A stretch of DNA of 64,000 nucleotides from Armatimonadota bacterium. GTDB taxonomy: Bacteria; Armatimonadota; Zipacnadia; Zipacnadales; UBA5352. Below are positions 1 to 9,150 of the stretch, one piece after another; within the stretch, counting starts at the first letter, position 1, and every line of letters starts with the position of its first letter. The DNA lies in the NCBI GenBank assembly GCA_034722055.1, contig JAYENL010000243.1, forward strand, positions 3,059 to 67,058, read 5' to 3'. Under the pieces are notes generated by a model, which worked only from the letters and a program-made list of their open reading frames with translations, searched no databases and was not told where the DNA came from. The position numbers were made by a program, and so were the translations under genes.

Positions 1-1330
1 ACTGGTAATAGTACTGCTTCAGGTCCTCCCAGCCGAAGTCGCGACCGCGATACCAGGCGTCAACCAGCAGGCTCGACATCGAGAAGACGTTGGGCAGCGA
101 GATGCGCGTGGGCAGCGTGAAGTCCCACACCCGCACGCGCACGGGCACGCTCAGCTCATCCAGGCCGTCCGGACGGAGATGCACTGTGGAGGTGTACTGC
201 CCGGCGGGGGCGTCCTCCGGGATTGCCACAGTCAGCCAGATGGGCTGCACCTGGCCGCGCGGCAGGTCGAAGGGCGCCATGGGGCTGATGCCATCGGGCC
301 ACAGGCCCACGTGATGCGTCAGGTAGGGCGCGTCCCGGGTGCGGACGTAGCAGACGAGGCCCAGCTCCACGGCGTCCGCCAGCGTGATCGGACCTCGCAG
401 CGGATCGCAGGTCACCTCCACGTGCGTCAGGTCGTCATCGACCGCCGCCAGCAGTACCTGGCCGGACTCCCGCTCATTGCCCGCGCACTGCAGGCGGAGC
501 GGTCCCGCCGCCTCCGCCGGCCAGATGTCACGGAAGACCTTCGCCATCGCGCCCACCGCGCCAACAGCGGCGGGTCCCTCCGTGTCGCGCCGCAGTCGCG
601 CGAAACTCAGCCGGGCCTCGGCCTCGTAGGCCCGCTCCTGCAGATCGCGGAACTGCGCCTCCATGCGACGCCACTGGCCCTCCGTGACCTCAGCCTCGCC
701 GGCCAGCAGCTCGTTGAAGCGCGTCGTCTGCTCCGCGGCGGAGCGCAGTGCCGCCGGGATGATGGCGCCCGCCTCACCTGTCGCCTCGGCGAGCTGCTGC
801 AGGCGCCGCGACAGCCACCCGTACCGCTCCCGGTTCGCCTCCACCAGCCTCGGGATGCGACTCGTCCCGTAGAGGCTGAAGCGGTTGACGACCGTCCACT
901 GGTAGTTGTGCAGGCTCAGCACTTCCATGCGCACGTAGCGGGCCTGGACCGGCTCCTCGAGGATGCGGAACCAGTACCTCCCCTGCCCGCCGATGTCCCG
1001 CACCTGCAGGGTCGTCGTCCACCGGCCGGGCTGCAGCCCGAAGCTGAGGTCGAAGTCATCGGCGGACTTGTCGTGGTAGCGCCAGTCGATCTCGACGGCC
1101 CGGATGGAGCGGACCTGGCCCAGGTCCAGCTCGAACCAGTTGGGCAGCGCACCCGGATACGAGAGATGGCTGCCGTCGCCGATGGCGGCGCGAACGTCGT
1201 AGGGCGGCGGGTTGACGCCCTCGGAGACGTCGTGCACCGTGGTGCCGCTGTCCACGTGCGCGAAGTCCACAGGCGGCTCATCGGGATCCGCACACGCCAT
1301 CACCGCTAGGCCGCCCAGCAGCAGCGGCAT
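1..1330 (-). CDS. Secreted F5/8 type C (discoidin) domain protein; 3' end truncated by the window edge
   Basis: The reverse-strand frame is open from the ATG at 1330 to position 1 and is not in the ORF track because it runs off the edge. N-terminal signal peptide MPLLLGGLAVMACADP. Discoidin-like segment NPPPYDVRAAIGDGSHLSYPGALPNWFELDLGQVRSIRAVEIDWRY. The overlapping +376 aa ORF (179..1309) is an antisense shadow. Confidence 0.7.
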   Translation of the reverse strand, partial: MPLLLGGLAVMACADPDEPPVDFAHVDSGTTVHDVSEGVNPPPYDVRAAIGDGSHLSYPGALPNWFELDLGQVRSIRAVEIDWRYHDKSADDFDLSFGLQPGRWTTTLQVRDIGGQGRYWFRILEEPVQARYVRMEVLSLHNYQWTVVNRFSLYGTSRIPRLVEANRERYGWLSRRLQQLAEATGEAGAIIPAALRSAAEQTTRFNELLAGEAEVTEGQWRRMEAQFRDLQERAYEAEARLSFARLRRDTEGPAAVGAVGAMAKVFRDIWPAEAAGPLRLQCAGNERESGQVLLAAVDDDLTHVEVTCDPLRGPITLADAVELGLVCYVRTRDAPYLTHHVGLWPDGISPMAPFDLPRGQVQPIWLTVAIPEDAPAGQYTSTVHLRPDGLDELSVPVRVRVWDFTLPTRISLPNVFSMSSLLVDAWYRGRDFGWEDLKQYYYQ

Positions 1331-1516
1331 GAGCGCTCGCGCCAGGGGTCGCGACAGCTTCTCCCAGCATAGTGCGGGGATCACCGACCGCTCGCCTCCG
1401 CACGTATCGTCGGTCCGCATGTGGGTGGATTCGAGGACGTTGCGCCAACACCTGCACGCAGCCAGCCCTGGCCCGCGCGTTCGGCTGACGCCGTGGCCTC
1501 CCTGTCTGCATGGCGC

Positions 1517-2536
1517 TCACATCAGCTCGATGGGGTAGGTCCCGTAGCGGCGCCCGGCCTCGCTCATAGTCATGATGTTCTCGAGCGTGCAGTAGTGCGC
1601 CAGGCTGTTGCCGCTGGTGAGGATGTAGCCGCCGCCCGGCGCCACGTCGCGGATCAGGCCCCGCACCTCCGCCTCGACCTCCTCGGGGCTACCCAGCATC
1701 AGCAGGTTCAGATCCAGGTTCCCCAGCAGGCACAGACGGTCGCCATGCTCTCGCTTCATCCACCGGATGTCCATGGCGCCCTTCTCGTTGGGGTGCAGCC
1801 CGTCGATGCCCAGAGGCAGCAGGTCGTCGAGCAGGGGCACCACGTTCCCGTCGCTGTGCAGCACCCAGGGCCTGCTGACGCCCTCGGCGATGGCCTGGAA
1901 GCGCGGAGTGACCAGCTCGTGGAACAGCTCCGGGGAGATGAGCGGGCCGCTCTTGCCCGCGAGGTCGTCGGTGGAGCAGATCACGTCGATGTCCAGCTCG
2001 CAGGCGCGCCTCATGACCTCCGCCGCCCAGTCGCAGTAGATGTCGAGCACCGTCTCGACGAAGCCCCGGCGCTCGTAGAGCGCGATGCAGAAGCGCTCCA
2101 TCCCCATGCTCAGCATAGCCGGGAAGAGCCCCTGGCGGGTGATCATCCACAGCGACAGGTCGCCCTTGTTCGCGGCCCACTCCGCCAGCGGCTCGTAGAG
2201 ACGATCGTCCTGGGGGTCGGGCAGGTCGATGATGTCGAGGTCCGCCTCCGAGCGGATCAAACCCTCGGTGTAGAACGGGGAGCCCCCGCCGGCCCGGGCG
2301 CGCCTGGTGTACACAGGCGCCCGGAGCACGTAGCAGATGTTGTCCTTGCGCAGCCGCTCGGCCAGCTCGATCTCGTCCTGCAGCCCGCGGGGGTTGGTCT
2401 CCAGGTCGGGCATCCGGGGGAACTCGCGGCCCAGCACCTGCTCGGCGATCTCCTGATCGACGCCGATCTCGCAGAAGGGAACTCGATCCGGCTCGCGCCC
2501 CGACAGGGCGGTGGCGACACGCTCGCGTGAGGTCAT
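1517..2536 (-). CDS. Uroporphyrinogen decarboxylase (URO-D) family protein (MtaA/CmuA-like methyltransferase or decarboxylase family)
   Basis: Translation from internal M (MTSRERVATALSGREPDRVPF...) shows the URO-D family N-terminal (E.PDRVP) and C-terminal (HSDGNV..LGIDGLHP) signatures. SD-like AGGAGAG just upstream. The first 21 codons of the track ORF are an unsupported extension. Confidence 0.75.
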   Translation of the reverse strand: MTSRERVATALSGREPDRVPFCEIGVDQEIAEQVLGREFPRMPDLETNPRGLQDEIELAERLRKDNICYVLRAPVYTRRARAGGGSPFYTEGLIRSEADLDIIDLPDPQDDRLYEPLAEWAANKGDLSLWMITRQGLFPAMLSMGMERFCIALYERRGFVETVLDIYCDWAAEVMRRACELDIDVICSTDDLAGKSGPLISPELFHELVTPRFQAIAEGVSRPWVLHSDGNVVPLLDDLLPLGIDGLHPNEKGAMDIRWMKREHGDRLCLLGNLDLNLLMLGSPEEVEAEVRGLIRDVAPGGGYILTSGNSLAHYCTLENIMTMSEAGRRYGTYPIELM

Positions 2537-2788
2537 TGCGCTCTCTCCTGTTCGGACGCAGCACGATGCGGCGTTCTCCCATGTCCCGGCCGGCCACACC
2601 CAGCCGGACCAGTCCTCGACCTATTCCCGCCCTCGCACGCTCCCCCCTGCCGCCCGGAGGCGCTCCCCTGCGTCTCCCCGCGCAGCCGGCATCAGAAGGT
2701 GGCGGGGGCCATTGCGGCAAACCTGCTTGTGGTGGCGCGAGCCTGGCGCGGCAGGCTCAACGACGCAGCTCTCGTGAGGGTTCTCGAC

Positions 2789-5700
2789 ATGAGGAGCGTC
2801 CTGACTGCAGTTGCACTCTTGGCGCTCGCCACAGGCGTGAGCGCTCAGCCGACGGTCTTCTGGGCATCCGACCCGGTGCGCCCGAATGAGACCGTCATGG
2901 TGTGCGGCGACGGATTCACCGACGGCCCCGCCGTGCGCCTGGCGAGGCTGCCGGACGAGGAGCCGGGCCGGCCGGGAACGGCCCTGCAGTGGCCGGCAGA
3001 GGCTGCTGAAGTTCAGGCCCTGCAGGCGGATGATCAGTCCCTGAAGTTCGTGCTCCCGGCGGACACGGCGCCCGGCGCCTGCGTGTTCCGCGTCGAGACC
3101 GCCGAGGGAGCCTCGGAGCCGGTGCGACTCAACTGCCCCACGCCCTACTGGTCGCAAGGGGATGTGGGCGTGACCGCCTCGCCAGGCGGATGGCTCCGCG
3201 TCTTCGGGCGCTGCGTGGGCAGCGAGGACGCGGATGCCACCATCCTGCTGCGCCCTGCGGGCGGCGGCGAGGACGTGCGGCTGTCGGCCACGGAGGCGGA
3301 CACCTGGTCGGTGACCGCTGAGGTTCCCGAGGACATTGCTGAGGCGAAGTACCGCGTCTTCGTGCACAACGGCCATGGCGGCCCGTACGGATGGACCGAG
3401 GCGCGGGCTATCGAGGTGGCTGCTCGGGAGCCGTGGCCCCGGGACGTCTTCGACGTGACGGAGTTCGGCGCCACCCGCCGGGGCCAGGTCCTGGACGGTG
3501 AGGCCATCCGCGCGGCGCTGGCCGAGGCGGCGGAGAACGGCGGCGGCATCGTCTACCTGCCGCGAGGCTACTACCAGGTACAGGGGACGCTGGAGATCCC
3601 GCAGCGGACGGTGCTGCGCGGGGAGGGCACGCAGCTCGTCAGCCTCTTCTGGCCGGACACCGAGGACCCCTACACGCTCATCGAGGGTACCAACAGCTTC
3701 GGCATCGAGGACCTCACCATCTACTGCACCAACTACCGGCACTGCATCGCGGCCGAGGTGGGGCAGCCGGACTCGGGCGACACCTTCCTGCGGCGGGTCC
3801 GCGTGCGCGCCGACATGTACCGCGGGCATCTGACCTTCGAGGAGATCGACGCCCGCTTTCGGACCCACAAGCAGCTCTCCAGCGGCGGCGGCGACTCCGT
3901 CCGCATGGGCGGCAGAAACGTGCAGATACTCGACTGCGACCTCTACGGCTCCGGCCGGTCCATGTACCTGCTGCGCGTCAGGGGCGGGAGGATCGCGGGC
4001 AACACCATCTACAACGGGCGGTGGGGCTGGTACTGCATCGACGGCTCCGACGGGCTGATACTGGAGAACAACCGCATCATCGGCGCGGACCTGATGTCCA
4101 CCGGCGGCAGCCTCAACTGCTACTCCAGCGCCTCCTCGCAGAACGTCTACTACGCCCACAATCACCTTCGGCTCATGCACGGCTGGGACCGGGAGGCCAT
4201 GACCAGCGACGCCGGCTACGGTGCCTGGTTCGGCACGCCGGTCGAGGTCGGCCCCCAGAGCCTCGTGCTGGGCGGAGATGAGCCCAACTGGGCGCGGAAG
4301 GCCGACTGGACCGGCGCCGGGGTCTTCGTCCTGGGCGGCAAGGGCATGGGCCAGTACCGGCTGGTCGCGGACTATGACGGCCGCAACGTAAGGCTCGACC
4401 GGCCGTGGGATGTCATGCCCGATGAGAGCTCACCCATCACCATCACCATGATGCAGCGCCAGTATCTCTTCATCGGCAACGACTTCGAGGACGTGGGCAT
4501 CGGCCTCCAGTACTACGGGACCTCCATCGACCACGTCGCCGCGGGCAATCGCGTCACGCGCGGCGGGGGCTTCTACAACTCCGGCCGCTGGTACCGCCAC
4601 TTCCAGCCAAGCTGGTACTGCCAGTTCCTGGGCAATGAGGTGCTGGAGGGCAACAGCTACCGCTACGGGCCCAACAACGCCACGGCCGCGGGCACCTCCT
4701 ACATCGGCAGCTTCGGCCTGCAATCGCACGACGGCGTCTCGCCGCTGGCGCTGTGCTCGGTGCACCGCCGCAACCATCTGCACAACAACGCGGAGATCCG
4801 GCTCATCGGGGTCAGCAAGCAGCATCCGGGGCTGCGGGACGCCGTCGCGGAGCACAACGTAATCGAGAACGCCGACCGGGGTATCTACGTCGATGACGGC
4901 TGCGTCGGCGTCCTGCTGCGCGAGAACCAGTTCGTGAACGTGATTGATGAGATGGTGGACGAGGAGAAGCTGCGGGCGGAGCGACAGCGGCGCCGCCAGG
5001 CGCTGCTCGACGAGGAGGGGCCCGTGGCCTACTGGGCCTTCGACGAGCGCAGCGGGCGGAACGTCCCGGACCTGTCGGGTCATGAACTCTGGGCGGTGCC
5101 CACCGGCGATATCGACTACGAGCAGAGCCTCTCGGGCACGGCGCCGCACCTTGACGGGTCGGCCTACTACGTCGTGGCCGGAGGCGAGGTGCTGGAGCTG
5201 CCCCGCATCACCATCAGCGCCTGGATCATGCCGGAGATGACCAGGGGCCGCTGGGGCGTGGTCGCCAAGCGCAATCGCGGGACGGCCTGCCCCTACGTGC
5301 TGGCCATCCGCCAGGGGGGAATCACCTTCGAGGCCACGGACGTGACCGGCGAGTGGTCCTACAACTTCACCACCGAGCCGGTCATCGAGGAAGGCGCCTG
5401 GAACCACATCGTGGCGGTGTGCGAGGAGGGCGTGGGGGCGAAGGTCTACTGCAACGGACAGCTCGTCGGACAGAAGCAGGCCACGGAGAGGCTGGTGAGT
5501 ACCGAAAACGCCCTGACGATCGGCTACGAGAACTGGGGCGGGGTCGAGGCGAAGGCCGGCGAGTCCGGGAACTTCCGGGGGCTTATCGACGAGGTCAAGA
5601 TGTGGTCGCGGCTGCTCTCGGATGAGGAGATTGCTGCCGAGTATGAGCGGCTGCGCGAGGACGCTGAGGCCGATGTGCGCCGGCGCGAGGAGGAGGCGGC

Positions 5701-6268
5701 CGCCCAGCAGGCCCTCATGGAGCGCTACGCCCGGGAGATCGTGGCTGGCGGCGGCGCCGAATGGCAGCCGGTGATCGCGGATAGCTTCGAGCGCGAGGAG
5801 CTGGGCGCCGACTGGCTGACGCTGCGCGGGAGGTGGGAGATCCGCGATGGCACGCTCCGCTGCAGCGAGACGAGCTTCCTGGCCTGGGCGCAGGAGGTGC
5901 CGACGCCGGTGCGCATCGAGTTCGACGCCCGCTCCGAGCGCCCTGGTGACCTGACGGCCTTCTGGGGCACCAAGGACGCCGCCTACAAGGGCGGGTACTT
6001 CATCGGCTTCGCCTCCAACTCCAACACCGCGTGCAAGATCCTGCGCCTCGGCGAGCAGGTCATGATCCGGGACGAGCCCCTGGCCACGCCCGGCCAATGG
6101 CATCACGTCATCGGGCAGGTCATCGGCGAGCGGGTGCAGCTTATCGTGGACGGGGAGCTGGCGATGGAGTACGTGGATGAGAAGCCACTGGAGGGCAAGC
6201 GGCTGCCGGGGATCATCGCCTGGTCGGAGGGCGAGTTCGACAACGTGCGCATCTTCACTGCGGACTGA
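2789..6268 (+). CDS. Secreted multidomain protein: pectate-lyase-like right-handed beta-helix + LamG (concanavalin-A-like) + C-terminal DUF1080/3-keto-disaccharide-hydrolase-like jelly roll
   Basis: Signal peptide MRSVLTAVALLALATGVSAQP. Beta-helix N-terminus (TEFGATRRGQVLDGEAIRAALAEAAENGGGIVYLPRGYYQVQGTLEIP). LamG-like block (WAFDERSG...ITISAWIMPE...WNHIVAVCEEGVGAKVYCNGQLVG). DUF1080-like C-terminus (WEIRDGTLRC...GIIAWSEGEFDNVRIFTAD). SD GAGGG 9 nt upstream. Confidence 0.8.
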   Translation: MRSVLTAVALLALATGVSAQPTVFWASDPVRPNETVMVCGDGFTDGPAVRLARLPDEEPGRPGTALQWPAEAAEVQALQADDQSLKFVLPADTAPGACVFRVETAEGASEPVRLNCPTPYWSQGDVGVTASPGGWLRVFGRCVGSEDADATILLRPAGGGEDVRLSATEADTWSVTAEVPEDIAEAKYRVFVHNGHGGPYGWTEARAIEVAAREPWPRDVFDVTEFGATRRGQVLDGEAIRAALAEAAENGGGIVYLPRGYYQVQGTLEIPQRTVLRGEGTQLVSLFWPDTEDPYTLIEGTNSFGIEDLTIYCTNYRHCIAAEVGQPDSGDTFLRRVRVRADMYRGHLTFEEIDARFRTHKQLSSGGGDSVRMGGRNVQILDCDLYGSGRSMYLLRVRGGRIAGNTIYNGRWGWYCIDGSDGLILENNRIIGADLMSTGGSLNCYSSASSQNVYYAHNHLRLMHGWDREAMTSDAGYGAWFGTPVEVGPQSLVLGGDEPNWARKADWTGAGVFVLGGKGMGQYRLVADYDGRNVRLDRPWDVMPDESSPITITMMQRQYLFIGNDFEDVGIGLQYYGTSIDHVAAGNRVTRGGGFYNSGRWYRHFQPSWYCQFLGNEVLEGNSYRYGPNNATAAGTSYIGSFGLQSHDGVSPLALCSVHRRNHLHNNAEIRLIGVSKQHPGLRDAVAEHNVIENADRGIYVDDGCVGVLLRENQFVNVIDEMVDEEKLRAERQRRRQALLDEEGPVAYWAFDERSGRNVPDLSGHELWAVPTGDIDYEQSLSGTAPHLDGSAYYVVAGGEVLELPRITISAWIMPEMTRGRWGVVAKRNRGTACPYVLAIRQGGITFEATDVTGEWSYNFTTEPVIEEGAWNHIVAVCEEGVGAKVYCNGQLVGQKQATERLVSTENALTIGYENWGGVEAKAGESGNFRGLIDEVKMWSRLLSDEEIAAEYERLREDAEADVRRREEEAAAQQALMERYAREIVAGGGAEWQPVIADSFEREELGADWLTLRGRWEIRDGTLRCSETSFLAWAQEVPTPVRIEFDARSERPGDLTAFWGTKDAAYKGGYFIGFASNSNTACKILRLGEQVMIRDEPLATPGQWHHVIGQVIGERVQLIVDGELAMEYVDEKPLEGKRLPGIIAWSEGEFDNVRIFTAD

Positions 6269-6300
6269 TCGCGACGCTACTGGGAACGTGCGCAACTCGG

Positions 6301-6440
6301 CGTATCCTGACGAAGAGGACGCTCGCGGCTCGGTTGTGTTGAAGATGCGCGCGGCGTGCTCCGTGGAGGGGCCGCCGGGCGCGTAGCGCCCGGGGAGGCC
6401 TGTGAGCGCAGCGAACGGGCCGAAGGTTCCACCCCGGCCC
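6301..6440 (+). repeat. Copy A of a ~140-nt conserved intergenic repeat (candidate structured ncRNA or REP-like element)
   Basis: Near-identical to 36541..36680 (+) and to the reverse complement of 54069..54205. Shared core ggaggggccgccgggcgcg(y)agcgcccgg(k)gaggcctgtgag...ggccgaaggttccaccccggccc. Contains an 8-bp GC hairpin ccgggcgc-gya-gcgcccgg. Lies 33 nt after the stop of the upstream + gene. Confidence 0.6.
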
Positions 6441-6533
6441 GGGACGTAGCTCTACCCAGGGCCCAAACGGCGCGTCATGCAGCCTCAGCCGGCAGACCAC
6501 CGTGACGGCGCATAATATGCAAGCTTCTGCCGC

Positions 6534-8936
6534 TCATTGCCATTGCCCGCTGTGCGAAGCCGAGGTCCCCGGGTGGGTGCGGATGCCGTAGAAGGGGAAG
6601 TAGCCCGCGCCCTGCAGTCCCTCCTCGCGGGCGGCCTGCAGTTGCTGGTCGATCACCGCGTCAGCCAGCGGGTAGCTCGGCCAGGCGCCCTGGATGTAGG
6701 TGACGCCGAGCAGCGGGAAGATGCGTGAGGTGTCGCCACCCAACTCCCGGTCGGCGATGGTCTTGAGCGTGTGGCACTCGCCCCGGAACAGCGGTGTGCT
6801 GGGCGTGTACTGCCCCACGCACACCCAGTCCATGATCCCCTCATTCAGCCAGCGGGGCCAGTCCTGCCCGGCGCGATCGGCGTCCGGGGCCAGCCGCGAC
6901 CACACGTAACCACTCAGCTTGGCGTCAGGCCGCGCCTGCCGGATCGCCTCGCGCAGCTCTCGCATGTAGTCCGTGATGCTCTCGCGCTGGAACTCGCGCC
7001 ACTCGGGGTCATAGTGACCGACGCCCTCCAGCGGCCGCCCGTAGCGCTGCTGGAACAGCCGCGCGCAGAGCTGGCAGTGGCAGCCGGGTCCGGGGCGGCA
7101 GGCGTCGAGGGCCACGCCCGCCACGTCGTAGTTGCGCACGATCTCGGCCACCAGCGAGGCGTGGAATGCCCGCACCTCGGGGTTGTTGTAGCAGTACCAG
7201 GTGCCGGGCGTGCCGTCGCTGCCGATCATCGCCCAGTCCGGGTGAGCCTCCAGATCGACCTCCTGCGCCCAGCCCAGCGCATAGCCCGCGTAGATGTCCA
7301 CGCCCTGCCGCCGGCCCTCCGCCACGGCCAGCGCAAGCTGATCGTACTCCGGCCTCTCGCCCCGCGAGATCTCGCTCATGTAGCGGTCGCCGTCGGTGCC
7401 ACGCGCCCCCACCACCAGCCGGCTCACGCCGGCGGCCCTGGCGTCCGCGATCAGCCGCCTGATGCTCTCCGGGCCCTCGCTTTGGTCCGGCGAGACACTG
7501 TAGTGCCCCGAGCCCCAGCCCAGCAGCTCCAGCGGGGGCGGCGACGCCGGCTGCACCGGCGCGGCACCGACGGCCACCGTCGCATCGATGCCCTCCTCGA
7601 CCAGGCCATCGGGAGTGGCCAGGCGCACGGTCCCGGTGACCTGCACCGACTGCGGAGCATCGCCCTCCGTCCGCCAGAGGTAGTGGCCCGTCGGCACGCC
7701 ATCAGGCCCCAGCTCCTCCTGCACCGCGGCCTCCCGGCCCCCGGCTCGGACGGTCAGTGTCAGGTCGTGCAGGGGCACACGCTTGCCGCCTGCATCACGC
7801 AGCATCGGCCTGACGCGCACGCCTCCATCGGTGGTTTCCGCGCTCATCTGCAGCTCGTACTCGCGCAGATCGCCAAGCGAGAACGCCGCCGTGACGCCCG
7901 ATGGTCCCAGCACGCGGCTGAGCGGGTCCAGCTTCACCGAGTCCCAGAAGCTGAAGGTCTCCCCGGTGCGCGCGTCCTCGTAGGGCTCTCCCTCGGGCTT
8001 CTCGGTGCTGTAGATGAGGAAGCTCTTGAAGCGATCCGTGACGAACACCCAGCCTCCCGGCGCCAGGTCGCCGGCGTTGGTGTGGATCGCCCCGGACATC
8101 CTCACCGGCACCGTCTGCGCGCCGGGCTCGGACAGGTCAAGGCGCTCGTCGGTGTAGATCTCGGCCAGCTCGCGGCGGTCGGTGGAGTACAGCGTCCAGT
8201 ACTGGCTGCCCCACGCCGAGGTCAGGTAGATCGGCGCGGTGCGCGTGACATCGATGTCGCAGCTCAGCTCCAGGTTCGTCTGGTCCGGGCCGTCGCACTG
8301 GAAGACGTGCGCGATGGGCCGAAAGCGCGTGATCTCGAACCGCGGCCAGTCGGTGAAGCGGCCGTGGATCCCCGTAACCGACACCGGGATCGTGGTGCGC
8401 TCGACGACGGGCAGGTCGGTGACGGGGCCCAGGTAGATGTCGTCGAGGTAGACAGAGCCCTCGAAGCCCCTCATGTAGACGTAGGGGCGGATTCGTGCGA
8501 TCGGCGCTCTGGGCGTCCAGCGTGCCTCATGGTACACCCAGCTCCCGCTCTCCTCCGGGCTGAACTCGAAGGGCCCGTACCACGCCAGCATGGTCCCGTC
8601 GCGAAAGTCCACGTGGAAGGTCACGCCGCCGCGGATGTTGCCGGTCTGCGCCGCCGCCTCCGGGCGCAGCCAGAACGCCGCCAGGATCGGCGCCGCCTCG
8701 GTCTGGCTCACGTCCACCCCATCCCCGTAGGGCGCGCTGAAACTCGTCTCGCCCTGGGGCATGTCCACGCGCAGCGCGCCCCGCCCGGCGTGCACCACCT
8801 CGTGGTCGATGACGCCGCCCTCCCACAGCGCCGGCTCCTCGGCCTCGAAGTGGGCGTTGTCGATCCAGTTGCGGGCCTGCGCGTGGGCGATGGTGAGCGA
8901 TACTCCCAGAAACGCCGCCGTCAGGGCAATGCGCAT
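6534..8936 (-). CDS. Secreted protein with N-terminal CBM4/9-like domain and C-terminal GHL10-like (glycoside-hydrolase-like TIM barrel) domain
   Basis: Start chosen at the internal signal peptide MRIALTAAFLGVSLTIAHAQA; the upstream 142 codons of the track ORF are Arg/Pro-rich and non-protein-like. C-terminal region with YCYNNPEVRAFHASLVAEIVRNYDVAGVALDACRPGPGCHCQLCARLF resembles the GHL10 family. Confidence 0.65.
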   Translation of the reverse strand: MRIALTAAFLGVSLTIAHAQARNWIDNAHFEAEEPALWEGGVIDHEVVHAGRGALRVDMPQGETSFSAPYGDGVDVSQTEAAPILAAFWLRPEAAAQTGNIRGGVTFHVDFRDGTMLAWYGPFEFSPEESGSWVYHEARWTPRAPIARIRPYVYMRGFEGSVYLDDIYLGPVTDLPVVERTTIPVSVTGIHGRFTDWPRFEITRFRPIAHVFQCDGPDQTNLELSCDIDVTRTAPIYLTSAWGSQYWTLYSTDRRELAEIYTDERLDLSEPGAQTVPVRMSGAIHTNAGDLAPGGWVFVTDRFKSFLIYSTEKPEGEPYEDARTGETFSFWDSVKLDPLSRVLGPSGVTAAFSLGDLREYELQMSAETTDGGVRVRPMLRDAGGKRVPLHDLTLTVRAGGREAAVQEELGPDGVPTGHYLWRTEGDAPQSVQVTGTVRLATPDGLVEEGIDATVAVGAAPVQPASPPPLELLGWGSGHYSVSPDQSEGPESIRRLIADARAAGVSRLVVGARGTDGDRYMSEISRGERPEYDQLALAVAEGRRQGVDIYAGYALGWAQEVDLEAHPDWAMIGSDGTPGTWYCYNNPEVRAFHASLVAEIVRNYDVAGVALDACRPGPGCHCQLCARLFQQRYGRPLEGVGHYDPEWREFQRESITDYMRELREAIRQARPDAKLSGYVWSRLAPDADRAGQDWPRWLNEGIMDWVCVGQYTPSTPLFRGECHTLKTIADRELGGDTSRIFPLLGVTYIQGAWPSYPLADAVIDQQLQAAREEGLQGAGYFPFYGIRTHPGTSASHSGQWQ

Positions 8937-9150
8937 GTCGAGCTCCCTCAGGGCGTGATTGGCACACTGCTCTGGTGCTTCGTCCCAGATCCCGCGCCCA
9001 CCTGCGCCCCCGACGCTTCCCCACCGCAATGCAGCCGGCGCAGGCAGGGGAAGCGGCGCCCGCCGGGGAAGCCATACTGCGTCGGCGACCCGAGGCACGG
9101 CACTCGGCGACCGACCATGCACATCGAAGCCATCCCGAGGTGGGATCCCC
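8937..9150. promoter_or_regulatory. Divergent intergenic region between the GHL10-like gene (-) and the LamG giant gene (+), with short repeats
   Basis: 214-bp divergent spacer. Direct repeat GGGGAAGC..(10 nt)..GGGGAAGC. An inverted CTTCCCC / GGGGAAG pair flanks a ~24-nt spacer. No recognisable sigma-70 boxes. Confidence 0.2.

Noticed and set aside
179-1309. 376-aa + strand ORF
   Set aside because: It is Arg/Ala/Gly-rich with no protein-like motifs. It lies antisense to a well-supported minus-strand discoidin gene whose frame is open to the window edge.
6341-6440. Small protein encoded within the repeat element (…GGAAGRAAPGEACE.SE.AEGSTPA… in copies B and C)
   Set aside because: The same frame contains a TAG in copy A while the nucleotide sequence stays conserved. 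Conservation is therefore at the nucleotide or structure level and not the peptide level.
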